From Epiperipatus broadwayi (Eukaryota; Animalia; Onychophora), in assembly GCA_028023455.1 (NCBI GenBank), contig JAQFVV010000008.1, positions 12,276,001 to 12,340,000 of the forward strand: a stretch of DNA of 64,000 bases, in the 5' to 3' direction. The notes under the pieces are model-generated. The model did not search any database. It was not told the origin of the DNA and saw only the letters and a list, made by a program, of their open reading frames with translations. Below, in pieces: positions 24,874-37,510 of this stretch. The position numbers were made by a program, and so were the translations under genes. Numbering within the stretch: the first letter of the stretch is position 1; every line of letters begins with the position of its first letter.

Positions 24874-25169
24874 ATGCTCAGTTTGTACTAATATAGAAAA
24901 TCTTCTGCCCATTCCTTGTCTATATTTAAATGAACATATTTAGGTCCAGTACATGAATGATCAGAATGACTTAAAATCAAATGGATATGACAATAATATT
25001 GGCAATAACAAGGGCTTTGATGGATCCATCATCAGATTTTCAATAATATGGATGACTGAAGAGTTGGAGGGTAGAGAAGATTGAAGCCTGTCCTATAAAG
25101 TATAAAGATTTTCTACCTTAATATAAACTGAGCACTGATTATATATGTGTGTGGAAAATATCATCTGGA

Positions 25170-25211
25170 CAAACTGATGAGTGCTGGTTTAGCAGAAAAT
25201 ACATATATTGG
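25170..25211 (+). ncRNA. Type I minimal hammerhead (family C), degenerate
   Basis: CAAA | CTGATGA | GTGC-TGGTTTA-GCA(g) | (g/a)AAA | TACATA | TA | TTGG. Confidence 0.75.
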
Positions 25212-26892
25212 AGATCATTTATCTTTTTCACATGTATGTTAGCTATATAAGATGGAGTGGGTAGTTGTGTGGAGCTTGAAAGTCTAAGTTCAAATCCCTT
25301 CTTGTGTTCATTAAATATTTTTTCAATTTAATTTTTCTGCCTGTTCTATTTATCCAATTGGTAGTAATTGATATCTGTTCTTTATATTTTGTCCCCCAAC
25401 TAACTTTCATCATGTAACCTATTTTTACACATATATCCTACATTTTTATATTTAAAACTGCATAATAAATGGTCTTACTTTACCACTGCAAATGCATTTC
25501 TGTTTGCAAGAACCATACTCTCTTTTTTCCCTCAATTTTCTTTGGATTTGTCTTTCTGTTTGTTACTTTTCAGCAGTATTATTTATTTTGATTTTTCACA
25601 TTAATTTAACATTAACTCATGTGGTAAACATTCCCTAATGGTTTCCATATGTGAATGAATATGATTAGAAGCTATTGTTTCAGTTTTACATTCGTCATAA
25701 TAATTAGTCAAGAAATATTTCTTCCATTGAATTTCCATTTACTGTTTACTTATATAGATCTTATAATGATATATATTTTATACATTCTCCTTTGAATTTT
25801 TTATTTATTTTAGAAATAAAGTGTAGCTGTGTATTTGAATGATATTGGACCAAAATAATTATTCGGATTTTCTATTAGTGATTTCAATCATTCTCTCCTT
25901 TACAAAATGTAATAATGTGCCCATATTTATTATTGTCAACCTTGTTTAGAAAAAAAAAAAGTCTTATTCTTAAATTATACATAAGCTTTCAATAGCAACA
26001 TTTATATCAAAATTCCTAATAAATGTTTGTTCTGTTAATAATATATATCTTATTTTTATGTTGTATTTGACTAAAAACTAAGTATTACAAATGAATATAT
26101 AATAAAATAAAATGCATGAGTGTAGTATTGTGGATAAATTTAATCAATAGTACATGAAATTAAAATTGCATTCTAGAAAAAAATTAATATTCATAATAAT
26201 TAAAATTATGCAAACACAGAATTCAAATGCTGGTTGGCATAAAAAACAATTATACAAACTAAATATAAATAAAATTATTAATCATAAATGGGATATAAAT
26301 AGTACAGTATAATATAGCATGAGTGATAATGTGATGGAAACTCAGAAATGCATAACCAGTTAAACATGCTGAAAAGAGTATATAGAATAGAAATGAATGC
26401 AGTGAAGTAAAATGCAGAGTTATAATTCAATATTATAAAGAGTGTGTGGATTAATTATGACAATTGTAGAAGTAGTACAATTGATGGAAAATGCAAGAAA
26501 ATTCTGTCTATAAACTTATTAATAGCATATAACCAGCTAAGCCTTTAGTTGAAGTACAACAGTTACTAATATACATTCAGGCCAATAAACGCTATTAAAT
26601 TTAAAATTTTGTTTGTGTTTTATTTCTAAGATAATTTCATGAGTTGTACAGCTGGCTCAGGCAAATTTGGCTTCTATACACATCATCTTGTATATGTAAA
26701 CAAGTGAGTGGAAATGAATTACTCTCATTTGGCTAATCTAATTGCCTTATTTGTTTTAAATTGATACAAAGAATTTATACTTTGTGCTAGAGTATTGAAG
26801 TTATTTATTTTCTCTATATACCAATATTCCTTTTTCAACTTGGATTAAAAAAACATCCATTGCATCAGTGTATTATGTATGATGGGTTAGCC

Positions 26893-29864
26893 CAGGGATA
26901 CTCAACCTTTTTCTCTCCTGGGCCACATATATTCGTGTACTACATCAAGTGGGCTGTGGCAACCAATTGGTGTCACATAAAAAAAATGTCTGACTTCTCA
27001 ATTCATGCATGCCACAACTTGTGGATCACTTTATGTCTTAGAATTAGCATATTAATAAAACACGAACACTTTTATTTGATATAAACATTTATTTAAATAT
27101 CAGTGTGATTTTTGATATTGAGATAAACTTTTAATAATTTTAGATAAATCTGGTTTATATGTGCTACATGCTACTCTTAATATATCATCAAGGTGTAAAT
27201 CAGTACGTCTGTTTCTATGCACATTCTTCACATATTTCATTTTCGAATAAGATGATTCACAAAGATATATTGATGCAAAAAAATGTGAGCAACATTTGTG
27301 CACACTTTTTGACAATTTTATATTTTTCAGGCACTAATTTCCAAAATTCATATATTCATTTCCCTCCCTTTTCTCTTTAAAAATGGTTTCCAAATTTATA
27401 TCATTTTTAAATTCAACAAATTTATTAAATAGCTTAACATAATCATATCCAAATGCAGCTAATTGGGTAATAGTTGCTATTTCTAAGTAACCAGGATTTC
27501 CTATAAGCAAAAGACAATTCTTAATATTTCTTAAATCTTGAAATCTACTTTTAAATTCTTTCAATAAGGTACCTAAATAATTTAAAATAATTACATAGGT
27601 TTCTGAAGAAATGTCAATACCATCTTGCTTAGCATTTGTCAATGTTGGAAAATGATGTAGTATTTGGTTTTGTATATCTTGGTAATAAATATTTAGTTTT
27701 TCTTCAAAAGCAAATACTTTATTTGTCATTTGTGAAATAATTTTATTTTCACCTTGCAAACTAATATTAAGATCACAAAGTTTTTCTGTGATGTCACATA
27801 AAAAAGCTAAAAAACACCACCATCCATCACTGTCAAGCTCATTATAAGATTTAGTTTTCTTGTAAAAATGAAATAATTTCATGATGTAATAAAAAAAGCA
27901 ATTCAAAACTTTATATCTGCTTAGCCATCGCACCAAAGTATGCAAAAATATATCACCATAATTACTATTTATTTCTTCCAAAAGATTTTTAAATTTTCTG
28001 TGGTTTAATTCATGGGTTTGAATATAATTCACAATGTTTATGATGATTTTCATTACAGCATCTACTTCTTTAATGGATATATGTGCCCCCAAGTTTTCTT
28101 GGTAAATTAAACAATGAAATGATAAAAGATTTGTTAGATTTTTTTTTTTTTAATAGGGAAACAAATCCCTTTTCTGATCCAATCGTTGAAGGACATCCAT
28201 CAATGAACACAAAAATTATTATTTTTATTTCAATATTAATCTTCTCCAGAAAAGTACAAATACTATTGATAAAATCGCTACCTCTAGTTTGATTCTTCAT
28301 AGGAAGAAATTTCAAAAAATCTTCACAAATTGAATTGTTCCATATAGTATCTGACGAAAATAGCAATTGTGATGATGCTAAAATGTCAGTACTAGAATCA
28401 ACAGCCAAACTAAAATATTTGCAGTTTTTCAAATCTATTATATTATCAAAAATATGTTTTGCAATATCTTCAATATGTCTAATGGAGGTAGAATCTGACA
28501 GTTGTAATTTCTTAATATTTGATTTTTATTATTAAATTTATCAAATAATATATTTGAAGCATTTAGGAAACATTCTTTCACAACTTCAGCATCTGTAAAC
28601 GGTTTCATATTTTTGTCAAGTATATAACAAATTTCTTATGATGCTCGTAACACTACTGCTTCTTGTGAGATTGCCACTGATATAACATTAATTTATTGTT
28701 GCAATGATTTCTTGAAGAAAGCTAATTTTTCACTTCTTATTAAAGACCCATGAACAAAAGGGTCATTAAACAATTCATGTTTTGTGGTGTAATGATGATC
28801 AATATTATATTTTTTTAATGTGACACTTTCTTGACAAATCAAACACATTGCTAAACCTTTATTATTCATCACAACAAAATATTCCTCTTCCCAGTTGTCT
28901 TGAAACATTCTATTTTCACCTGATAATTTTTATTTGTTGCTTGAAGACATCATTATGATATTTAAATTATAGTTTGATATAAAATACTACACATCTATGT
29001 GTATACTAATTCACATATAAAACTAAACTGTTTCACTTTGCTTTCAAAAACACAGACTATTGATTGAATGAAAGTTTCAAACTTCTGATTGGTCAATTAT
29101 ACAATCTGCAGTAAATATATTTGTCTTTTTAAAATTATATTTGTTTTAGTTTAGTATCTAAAATGGAAAATTTATAATTTGTCTGATTACAGAAAGGTTT
29201 TTAAAAAATAAATTTTATTTATAATTGATGATAATAATCTAACATTGTCAAATTATAGTAAATGCTTACCATCCAATTGTAAATTCCAGAAGTAATTCAT
29301 TAAATTCCTTATCAATATGTTTTAGTAAAAAAGTAAACTTTTTGATTAAAATCTGAGAAACAAACAAGTGGGGTAAAAAAAAAAAAACTTAGTAAATTAT
29401 GTTTTTGTTTTCAAATTCAAAATGTAGAAATACAACTGTTGAAGTCATGGATTGGCGTTCCCTTGCGGAGAAAAAATAATCATTCAGAAGCTTGAAAAGA
29501 CGGATTTACGTTGTTATTATACCATTAAATTTAAATATTTACTGCTTTTTTTTTTTTTGCAAAAAAAGTACTGAAAGTGCTAAAATCAGTGAAATAATGC
29601 TAAAGATAGCAGGTTGAGAGCGAGTACAAGTCATATATGAAGATACTCGGCATTTCTGGTACAGACTTGTCAGGTTCTTCAGATCTGTGAAATTAAAAAA
29701 AAAAACATAACGTTATTAATGCGACAATAAAAAATATCAATCGCACATGGTTATTCGTTAATTAAGAAGAGTGTTGGCACATCTGTTGACCATCAGTTTA
29801 TTGCTGGGCCACATATAAAAGCTTGCCAGGCCACATGCAGCCCAGGTGCCACAGGTTGAGTATT
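26893..29864 (-). mobile_element. Near full-length (~2.97 kb) Buster/SPIN-type hAT DNA transposon, degenerate
   Basis: Left TIR cagggatactcaacct (26893-26908); right TIR aggttgagtat.. (29853-29864, last ~4 nt lost). The 8 bp TSD ggttagcc/ggttaacc has the central TA typical of Buster elements. Subterminal gggccac motifs occur at both ends. Confidence 0.92.
27100..28953 (-). pseudogene. GTF2IRD2/SPIN-like hAT transposase, disrupted by stops and frameshifts
   Basis: Fragments: RMFQDNWEEEYFVVMNNKGLAMCLICQ..KKYNIDHHYTTKH (zf-BED); FSLAVDSSTD; DGCPSTIGSEKGFV; VRWLSR; LAFLCDITEKLCDLNISLQG; CESSYSKMKYVKNVHRNRRTDLHLDDILRVA...YQKSH*. Confidence 0.92.
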
Positions 29865-30659
29865 GGTTAACCTATATTGTGAATGAGATTTAATTTTCAC
29901 GTTTGTCAGTTATACAGGGATATTTATGACTTAACATTATCAATATGTCACAGTGTGTATTATTATATTTGCAAGAAACAGTTTACTTATTTTATTTTTC
30001 CAAGAAGATTAAAATAATCCTTTATTTTTCATTAATATTTTTTTATCTTTTTATATATGATTAATATATTGAAATATTACTTAATTTGTACATGACAAAT
30101 AATATTATATATATGACTTAACAGTTATAATATATTACACTATGAATGACTAGATATAATAGTCTAATGCATATAAGGCAAATCTCACATCTTAACACTT
30201 TATGAATTAATTCTAATGATTCAGATTTAGTTTCATTATCAACATTTATAAATGTTTTCAAATAAGCCCTTTAATATCAAAAACAGTATCAATTGACTTT
30301 TTAATATAATACAGGTAAAATCTTTATTCTTGCAAATAAGAAGTATTTTTACAAATATATTTTATTAAATGTTTGTAAGGTTGCATTTCCAAATCAATTA
30401 ATTGTCAATAATACTTTTATTTGTGTATTTAAATATGTTTACTATCATTCACTGTTATTTTATATTTGCATATAGACTTGTAGCTATATATTTATGTTCC
30501 TTTTGAAATTTTCAATACAAAGCTAATTTAACATTATTATTGTTTCAAATTTTCTATTACTTCATCATCATCCTTATTAATATTCACTCCTGAATAAATA
30601 TACTATTCTAATTCAAGAATAAAAATTAAGTTGAATGACAAAAAATAAAAAGTTTAAAA

Positions 30660-31320
30660 GGAGTTTTGTTATGGTTGTATAAGAATCAATCCATGAAATA
30701 TAGGAAGTGCATCCACATATCTCTTATGTCCATTGTTTAGTCCCTTTATTTGATATGATGCAATGACTTAATTGCTACAGCAACAAACACACCTTGCCTA
30801 ATTGTAGTTTTCCATTGTAGTTTATTTGAGATAGTTTTTATAATATAAATGAGTCTATTTTTTCATGAAATTTTTACTCAATTTCATCATAAAATAATTT
30901 TTTAAGAAAGTCTGTTGCAGTTTATTGTACTTCTCATTCTTTATCCAAAAAAAAAAAAAAAAGCCATGTAATTTAGTTAACAGTTACATCAATAGATGAT
31001 AAAGGGCTTGAGTTTACTGAAAATTCATAGGACTAACAGTATTCTATAGCTCATCTTTTGAATTGCTAAGAATAGAATAGCAGCTTATTATAAATCTGTA
31101 AAACAAGCAAATAAAGATTTGTTTTGCTTTAAAATGATTCAGAATAAAAACTCCATCATCAAATTTAATATTATATTTCATAAAGTCACTTTCAAATTTT
31201 TTTAAAGACTACTGTCATTAAAATGTAAAACAAAATTTCTGGTTAATAGACATCTTATCTACTATAGTTTTCATTTCATATGTCTCAAATTTTCATCCCA
31301 GTATTTAAATCTTGTCATGT
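30660..31320 (-). mobile_element. Possible piggyBac transposase C-terminal relic
   Basis: Weak minus-strand motifs: IVDKMSI (LSVDE.M-like), KYNIKFDDGV (YN..MGGVD-like), KQIFICLF, and a Cys-rich end ARCVCC..EICG. Heavily decayed. Confidence 0.25.
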
Positions 31321-31329
31321 TGAAAATTT

Positions 31330-32330
31330 ATAAGATAAACCTTTCCTGAATTTCAATAATGTTATAAACTAATTTAATTGAGTAAACTATCTTGCCATAT
31401 TAATAAAAGACACATATAATTTACCCTTTTTTTCATAATATGTTTCTGCATTTGCCTAACAATAAACACCTTATCTATTATACTTTGTGATTCTCTATTA
31501 TGAGCTCTGGAAATGCAAGTATTTTTGCTATAGCAGATAACAATGATTGTTCACAATAATTCCTGCCATCTTTTCCACTCTATTTATTTTTAAAAATTGA
31601 AATAACAGAAGCATTCTTAAAATCAGCTGGCACAACTTAATGAATACATATATTTCTAAAATTTTCTAATAGTTTTGAAATTAAGATCATTAATAAGTTT
31701 TAAAAACTTCTCCAGATATGTCATCAGGAATTCCTTTTAGCCTTTTCTAATATTACATTGATTTATTTAATTTTGATAAACCATATATCTTTCATCCAAA
31801 TCTAAATGACTAGATAGAATGGATATATCTTAAAAAGTTATCTCAATTTTTATATTATTATTCAAAAGCTGATCAAAACATTCCATGTACTTATTTGAAA
31901 TATTAATATCATATAAAAGTGTGACGTCCGCCAATTTAATAGGATATAATTTTTTAGATTTGTAAATTAATTTCAGTCCGTCAAAGTAAGATCTTAAATA
32001 ACCACAATCAGAAAATGGTTGTATTTTAATTACAGTTTTAATTTACCAGTAGTTTTTAAAACTTCTTGTTATTTGCTGATATGCTGCCTTTAAATACTAA
32101 TTACTAAGCACCACTTCATAATCAATTTATCATTTTTCTGAACTGTGATTTTGAAATCACGTCACAAACAATAGAATCATTGTCAGAACACAGGATTTTT
32201 TTAGTGAATCCAAAAATATACTTGTATTCACAACACATCTTAAAAAAAAAAAATCTAAAATAATATGGCAGTGTTTGAAAATTCAAATTGATAATTTTAG
32301 TATTCAATTGATATTGACATTAGCCATTAA
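31330..32330 (-). mobile_element. Degenerate non-LTR retrotransposon (RTE-like) RT fragment
   Basis: KAKGIPDDISGEVFK (KAPG.D.I..E..K), KDGRNY..SLLSAIAKILA (NYRGISLLS..KI), IIDKVFIVRQMQKQYYEKKGKLYVSFINM (RT domain 2-3 pattern). Confidence 0.65.
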
Positions 32331-34859
32331 AGATCAATCCTAAAATTTCTTACTAATATATTTAGAACAGAACCTATTTTTTAATGCAACTATCATTTAA
32401 ATGTATGAAATATTTTATGATTTGTCTATTACCATTGGTCTATAAGTGCTTACATAATATTAACTTTTTTTGTACTTGGACTTCTAATTATAATGTAATC
32501 TATAAAAAGCTATTATTTTAAGCATGAATGCATCTAAGTTTCTTTATAATGATTTCTTCTGCTTAAACAAAATTTTTGTGACCTTCAATTCATGTGTTGT
32601 TATGAATACAATAACAGCAAACTATTTGAGCTTACATAATCAATACTATTATCTTCAATAACTTTGGGCTAAAGTTTATTGCTTCTAATAGTGAGATACT
32701 TTGAAGTCTCAAAACTTTCTGAATTTAATATGGGAGTCTAAGCATTTGACAAAAAAGATACAGGTATCGCTGTGCAAAATAATTTTTAATATTGTTATAT
32801 TTTCATTGATATGTCTAGGAATTTCAAGAAGATAAATAAATAATACCCTACAATTTTCTTTTTTTGATAATCTATCCTTTCAAAAAAAGTTTTAACCATC
32901 TAGTTGTTCTGTTAAATTTTTTTTTTTTTTTTAGAAGATAAGTTTTATTAAGAAAGCTGCACCAGTAATAAATATTAACAGTTTCTTAAAATACAAGCAT
33001 TTTTTTTTGCTTTAGGTCTTAAAATGTTCACATCCCGCATAGTTTGCTCATTCATTTGGAATAAAGATAAACATTTTAATTATTATTTCTTGCTTTATCA
33101 CAATTACCACTATTATTACTGATATTTCAAATTATTTCTACCATTTTGTTGAATAATCTATCAGGTGCATGAACCTCGCTAGATTTTATGATACAGACTA
33201 GACTATATTTTCTAGGCTAACAAATTTATGGCAGGGAGGAATATCTTTAAATAAAACTATCAATCATGTAATTAGTTGTCATGTCAAATTACTATCCCAA
33301 ATTCAGTTCCTAAATAACTTAGATTGATTAAATTGTGATGTATAAGATCATTACTAAATGTTGTCAGTGCTAAACTTGCCTTCATAATATTGAGAGATTT
33401 TGCAAAAAAAAGAGTGTCTATGGAGGAGGAGATTGGAATGCTGTGCATGCAGTTAAAGACTAGAAATATGGTTACATGAACACACAATTCTATTATCATA
33501 AACAATGCAGGAAGATAGTTGATGATATGAGAAATTAATGATGATATGACTTTAAACTAATTTTGGTAACGAGATAATGCAATAAAAGGAAATCATATTT
33601 AGAACAGGACTAGCTTGTTTCCAATATAATGAATCATCATTCTATCCTCTAAAACAGGGGGAGTTCTTCATCAAGTATTCCTTATTTGTTATTCATAGTT
33701 AACCTTTATGTATGATCATTTCATTACTTGCCTGTAGATCTTGTAGCAGTCTAAAGAAAGGGGATTCAGGGCATTGATGCCCCGTGATATGGTTTTTTGA
33801 CAATAGAAAAACAACACTATAATATTAATAATCGAAATTTTCACGAAATTGAAGGCAAATCAAAGAATTTCTCAACAGAATTTATTCTACATAAAAAGCA
33901 TTTACCATTTTTACAATATGGCAACTATACAAATATTATTAATCAGATGTGATATGTTAGACTATTTCCATCATTTATGAGTGAATGTTGAAAGTATAGA
34001 AAATTTTAAACTGTCCAAAACAAACAACTTGTTAGTAATAACACACAAATAGACAGCACAAACCTTCAGACAAATATTATTAATCAATTTCTTTTCTGTT
34101 TTATACTATACGCATTTTTTATTTTATTTTTAGAACTATTTTAAAACAGATAAAAGGAAATGAGTGAAAAGAAAATATTTACTTTCTTTAATTATTTTAT
34201 TCTAAGTTATCAATAGCTTTTTTTTTTAATGGTTTTTTTTCCTACTACTGTTATTATACTAGTATAATTGCCACAATGAGATAAAGTTCAAGTGTAATAA
34301 ATTAATTAAGAAAATGAAATTAGCTAGATTTTATTACTGTCTTTCATTATTTATAGAAGTTTATTGGATTTGATGACGTCGTGATAGATTAAAATGATTA
34401 CATGCCAAACATTCATAAATTAAATACAGAAACTTTTCATGCTTCTTATTTGTCAAAAAAATAAAAACAAATACTGTAGTATTAATAAGAAAATAATAAT
34501 AAGCTAAAAGGTTTAAAATTTAATACAATATAAAACGACTTATAAATGTGTGCGCGCGTGGGCACATGAACGTAATACGTTCATAATTAACAAACAAATT
34601 GAAATCGGTGATTTCAAACGATTCATCATAATGTCAGGAAAGAATGATTAATTGAAGGAACTAGAGGTAATCAGGTTAATAATTTTTATTAGTCATTCAT
34701 TAGACTAGAGATTATCCACTTAATAAGTAATATTTCTGTAGTATAATTTTCTCTACACCACTCTCACGTAAGATAGGGACTGGTTTCTATCCACCTTTAA
34801 CATCTTGTGGAGGGATATATTCATAAACATATGACCAAAGACATGTGAAAAAGATGTAT

Positions 34860-34914
34860 GATCCCCAAGGTGCACATTTCATGCTGGACCAGCACTCATC
34901 AATTGGCTCAGATC
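34860..34914 (-). ncRNA. Type I hammerhead with bulged extended stem I (family C); C3->T and U16.1->C variant
   Basis: Minus strand: GATCT-GAG-CCAA | tTGATGA | GTGC-TGGTCCA-GCAT | GAAA | TGTGCA | cC | TTGG-GGATC. Confidence 0.82.
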
Positions 34915-35340
34915 ACAATCATATATATCATTATTCAAAATATATAGATAGCCAATTACCACAGTTTAATTGATAAGTGTCAAACTACCATCCTCATAAC
35001 TTTGGCACAAACCATTTGATGGAAGTATAATAATAATTTTTATTAGTCATTCATTAGTCTAGAGATTATCCACTTAATGTATAATATTTCTGTGATAAAA
35101 TTTTCATTATACCACTCTCATACAAGATAGGGTGTAGTGAAAAATATACTACAGAAATATTATTCATTAAGTGGATAATCTCTAGTCTAATAAATGGCTA
35201 ATGAAAATTATTAATATACTTCTATCAAGTAGTTTGTGTCAAAGTTGTGAGAGTGGCAAGTTTAACCCTTATCAATTAAACTGTCATAATTGACTATCTA
35301 TTTATACTAAACAATGATAACGTTATGTGTAAAAGATTAT

Positions 35341-35390
35341 GATCTGGGCCAACTGATGAGTGCTGGTTCAACATGAAATTTGCATTTTTT
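35341..35390 (+). ncRNA. Type I hammerhead (family C); core intact, 3' strand of stem I lost
   Basis: GATCT-GGG-CCAA | CTGATGA | GTGC-TGGTTCA-ACAT | GAAA | TTTGCA | TT | tttt. Confidence 0.78.
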
Positions 35391-37064
35391 TCACATGTTT
35401 TTGATCATATGTTCCTCCATAGAGTACTAAAAGTGGATAAAAACCAGTCCTTATCTTTGTGCATGAGTGGTAAAGCGAATGTTTAAAGTGAATGTTATAC
35501 TATAAAAATATTATTCACTAGAAGGTAATCATGAGCTCAATGCTTGAAGGAATACAACACCTGCTCCAGAGTAATGAAAGGCACATTACATTATAATACT
35601 AATTTTACAATCAGCACATCGCCACTCATCTAGACAATCAAAATTAATCTGAGACCTTTACTTTCCAATTAAGAATAACTGGATACCAATTTACCAACTA
35701 CTTAGTTAGCTGAATTGGTTATGACCATCTACCAGAAAGAAAAATCACAAGCCTGTTTTTAACGTGAAAAAAATTCAAGATTTACTTAGACCAGTCTTGA
35801 ATCTCGGGTAATGAGCATAACAAAAAGGTGCAATAACTCTATGTCATTTTACAAATAAATTGTCTTAGTATTAAAAATAATGTAGGGTGTGCAAATTTAT
35901 TATACATAGTAAACATAGAATATCACTGGAGGTACAATACTATTGAAAATAATAAATATGTACACTCATTTAATAATGAAAAATATATACATATTTATAT
36001 ATTTACCAGTATATTATTAAATAACCAATAGGTGATGAATGTGTGTGTGTTCATTCTTATTTTATGCAAATCTACTCCAGCAATAAGATCATCATAATCC
36101 TACCTGCTTTATGGCTATACTTAGGCAATTTGTATTATTGACTGTAGCTTCATTATGCTTACATAAGCCAATCATTAACATATTAACTGTAGCTGTGTGA
36201 GTCAAAGTAATGAATATTAACTGGCCCTGATAAATAAATCCTATGAAATTCACTATTTTATGTTTCTAGTATCTCAACATTACATACAAGTTGAAATTTA
36301 GTAGCACGGCAGCAGAAACACAAGGAAAAATCTAAAAGAATATACGTGTATATGAAAATAAAAAGAAATCACAAATAAGAAAAATAAAAAGTGAAGTTAA
36401 ACTATGGGATCAGCATCTGTAGTAATATTATAGTTCTCCCACAAGCTCACATTTGATCAACCCTGATATTTTTTGGGTGATTCTTATCCTATAATCAAAA
36501 CTAATTAGATACTGGTTATAATCTTTAGAAGTGCAGCAAGAAATTGCATTTTTCCATCCTATTTTTAATATGGCATAACATCATAATATTAAATGAACAG
36601 TTTAGATTTGGAAAATAATAACTGAGTAGCAAATTTGGATCAATTTACAGCAATATTATTTCATCTGTTTATAAAACATCAATATTGCAAATATGATTAT
36701 GGTTGTTCTGTTTTTACTTTTTAAACCATAATAATTTAGTAATTATCAAGTATAAATGTCAATGATGAAACATTACCCCCCCTTCCCAAAGTAAAAGTTC
36801 AATATTGATGCAATCATTCTTAAAATAGTTTTTGAAAAAAAAAGTCAACTAATAATGATATTATATGATTCATTTTCTACTATCATAACATTACTTGACT
36901 ATTTCATTTTTAATTTTATTGATTAAAAAAAGAACAATAGATAGAATGTTAGTTATGAATCAAAATAAAGAGAGAGAAGTAAGAATTGTACCATATCAGT
37001 GTTACATTTACACAAAAATGTCAAAAACTTTAAATTTTTGTACAACAATAGTTAAACATTTTAT

Positions 37065-37510
37065 ATCATCATCATCAACCATTATCAATCCACTGCAGGA
37101 TGAAGGTCTCTCCAAGTTCAATCCATCTTTTCTGATCTTTAGCTTCTCTTCTCCACATCACCCCTGCATACTCTTATTTCATCCATTCATCTCACATGTG
37201 GTCTCTTTCTGGGTCTTTTACAATCTCTTGGAATCCAGTTTAAGATTTCAATTGTCAATCTATTATCATCTTCTAGCAATATGTCCAGCCCAACTCCACT
37301 TCAGTCTTTTATTTTTTTTAATGAGGTTAGTAACATCTGTTTGTTCTCTTACCCATATATTGCATTTTCGATCTCTTCTTGTTACTCCTAATATGCATGT
37401 GGTCTGAAGTCTCTGTATTGCTCTTCTATTAAATGTCCAAGTCTCAGATCCAAAAATAAGAACTGGTAAAACACATTTATTAAAAACCTCCCTTTTATAT
37501 AAATTTACAT
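37065..37510 (-). mobile_element. RTE-clade LINE 3' end (5'-truncated) with (GAT)n tail
   Basis: (ATC)4 at 37065-37076 followed by ccactgcaggatgaaggtctctcc... The reverse complement matches the 3' part of the 41340-44071 element (W.PRDCKRP.KRP..RW.DE pattern). Confidence 0.8.

Larger units (their letters stand above)
24633..25320. mobile_element. Head-to-head inverted pair of HHR-family C monomers (~250 bp) with an internal (TA)n expansion
   Basis: 24633-24900 is the diverged reverse complement of ~25095-25310. The HHR is on the minus strand in the left arm and on the plus strand in the right arm. Confidence 0.85.
34680..35530. mobile_element. ~850 bp palindrome of two divergent ~1.2-mer arrays of a ~352 bp HHR-family C monomer
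   Basis: Left arm internal direct repeat at 34681/35035 (period 354); right arm at 35145/35496 (period 351). The arms are reverse complements meeting near 35132, and each has one HHR. Confidence 0.9.

Noticed and set aside
24713-24943. 76-aa ORF with YIYIYI run
   Set aside because: Artefact of the (TA)n microsatellite within a non-coding repeat.
29645-29690. Minus-strand CTGAAGA...GAAA inside the hAT leader
   Set aside because: Stems I and III do not pair.
36895-37407. 170-aa plus-strand ORF
   Set aside because: Antisense reading of the RTE 3' end, with no independent coding evidence.
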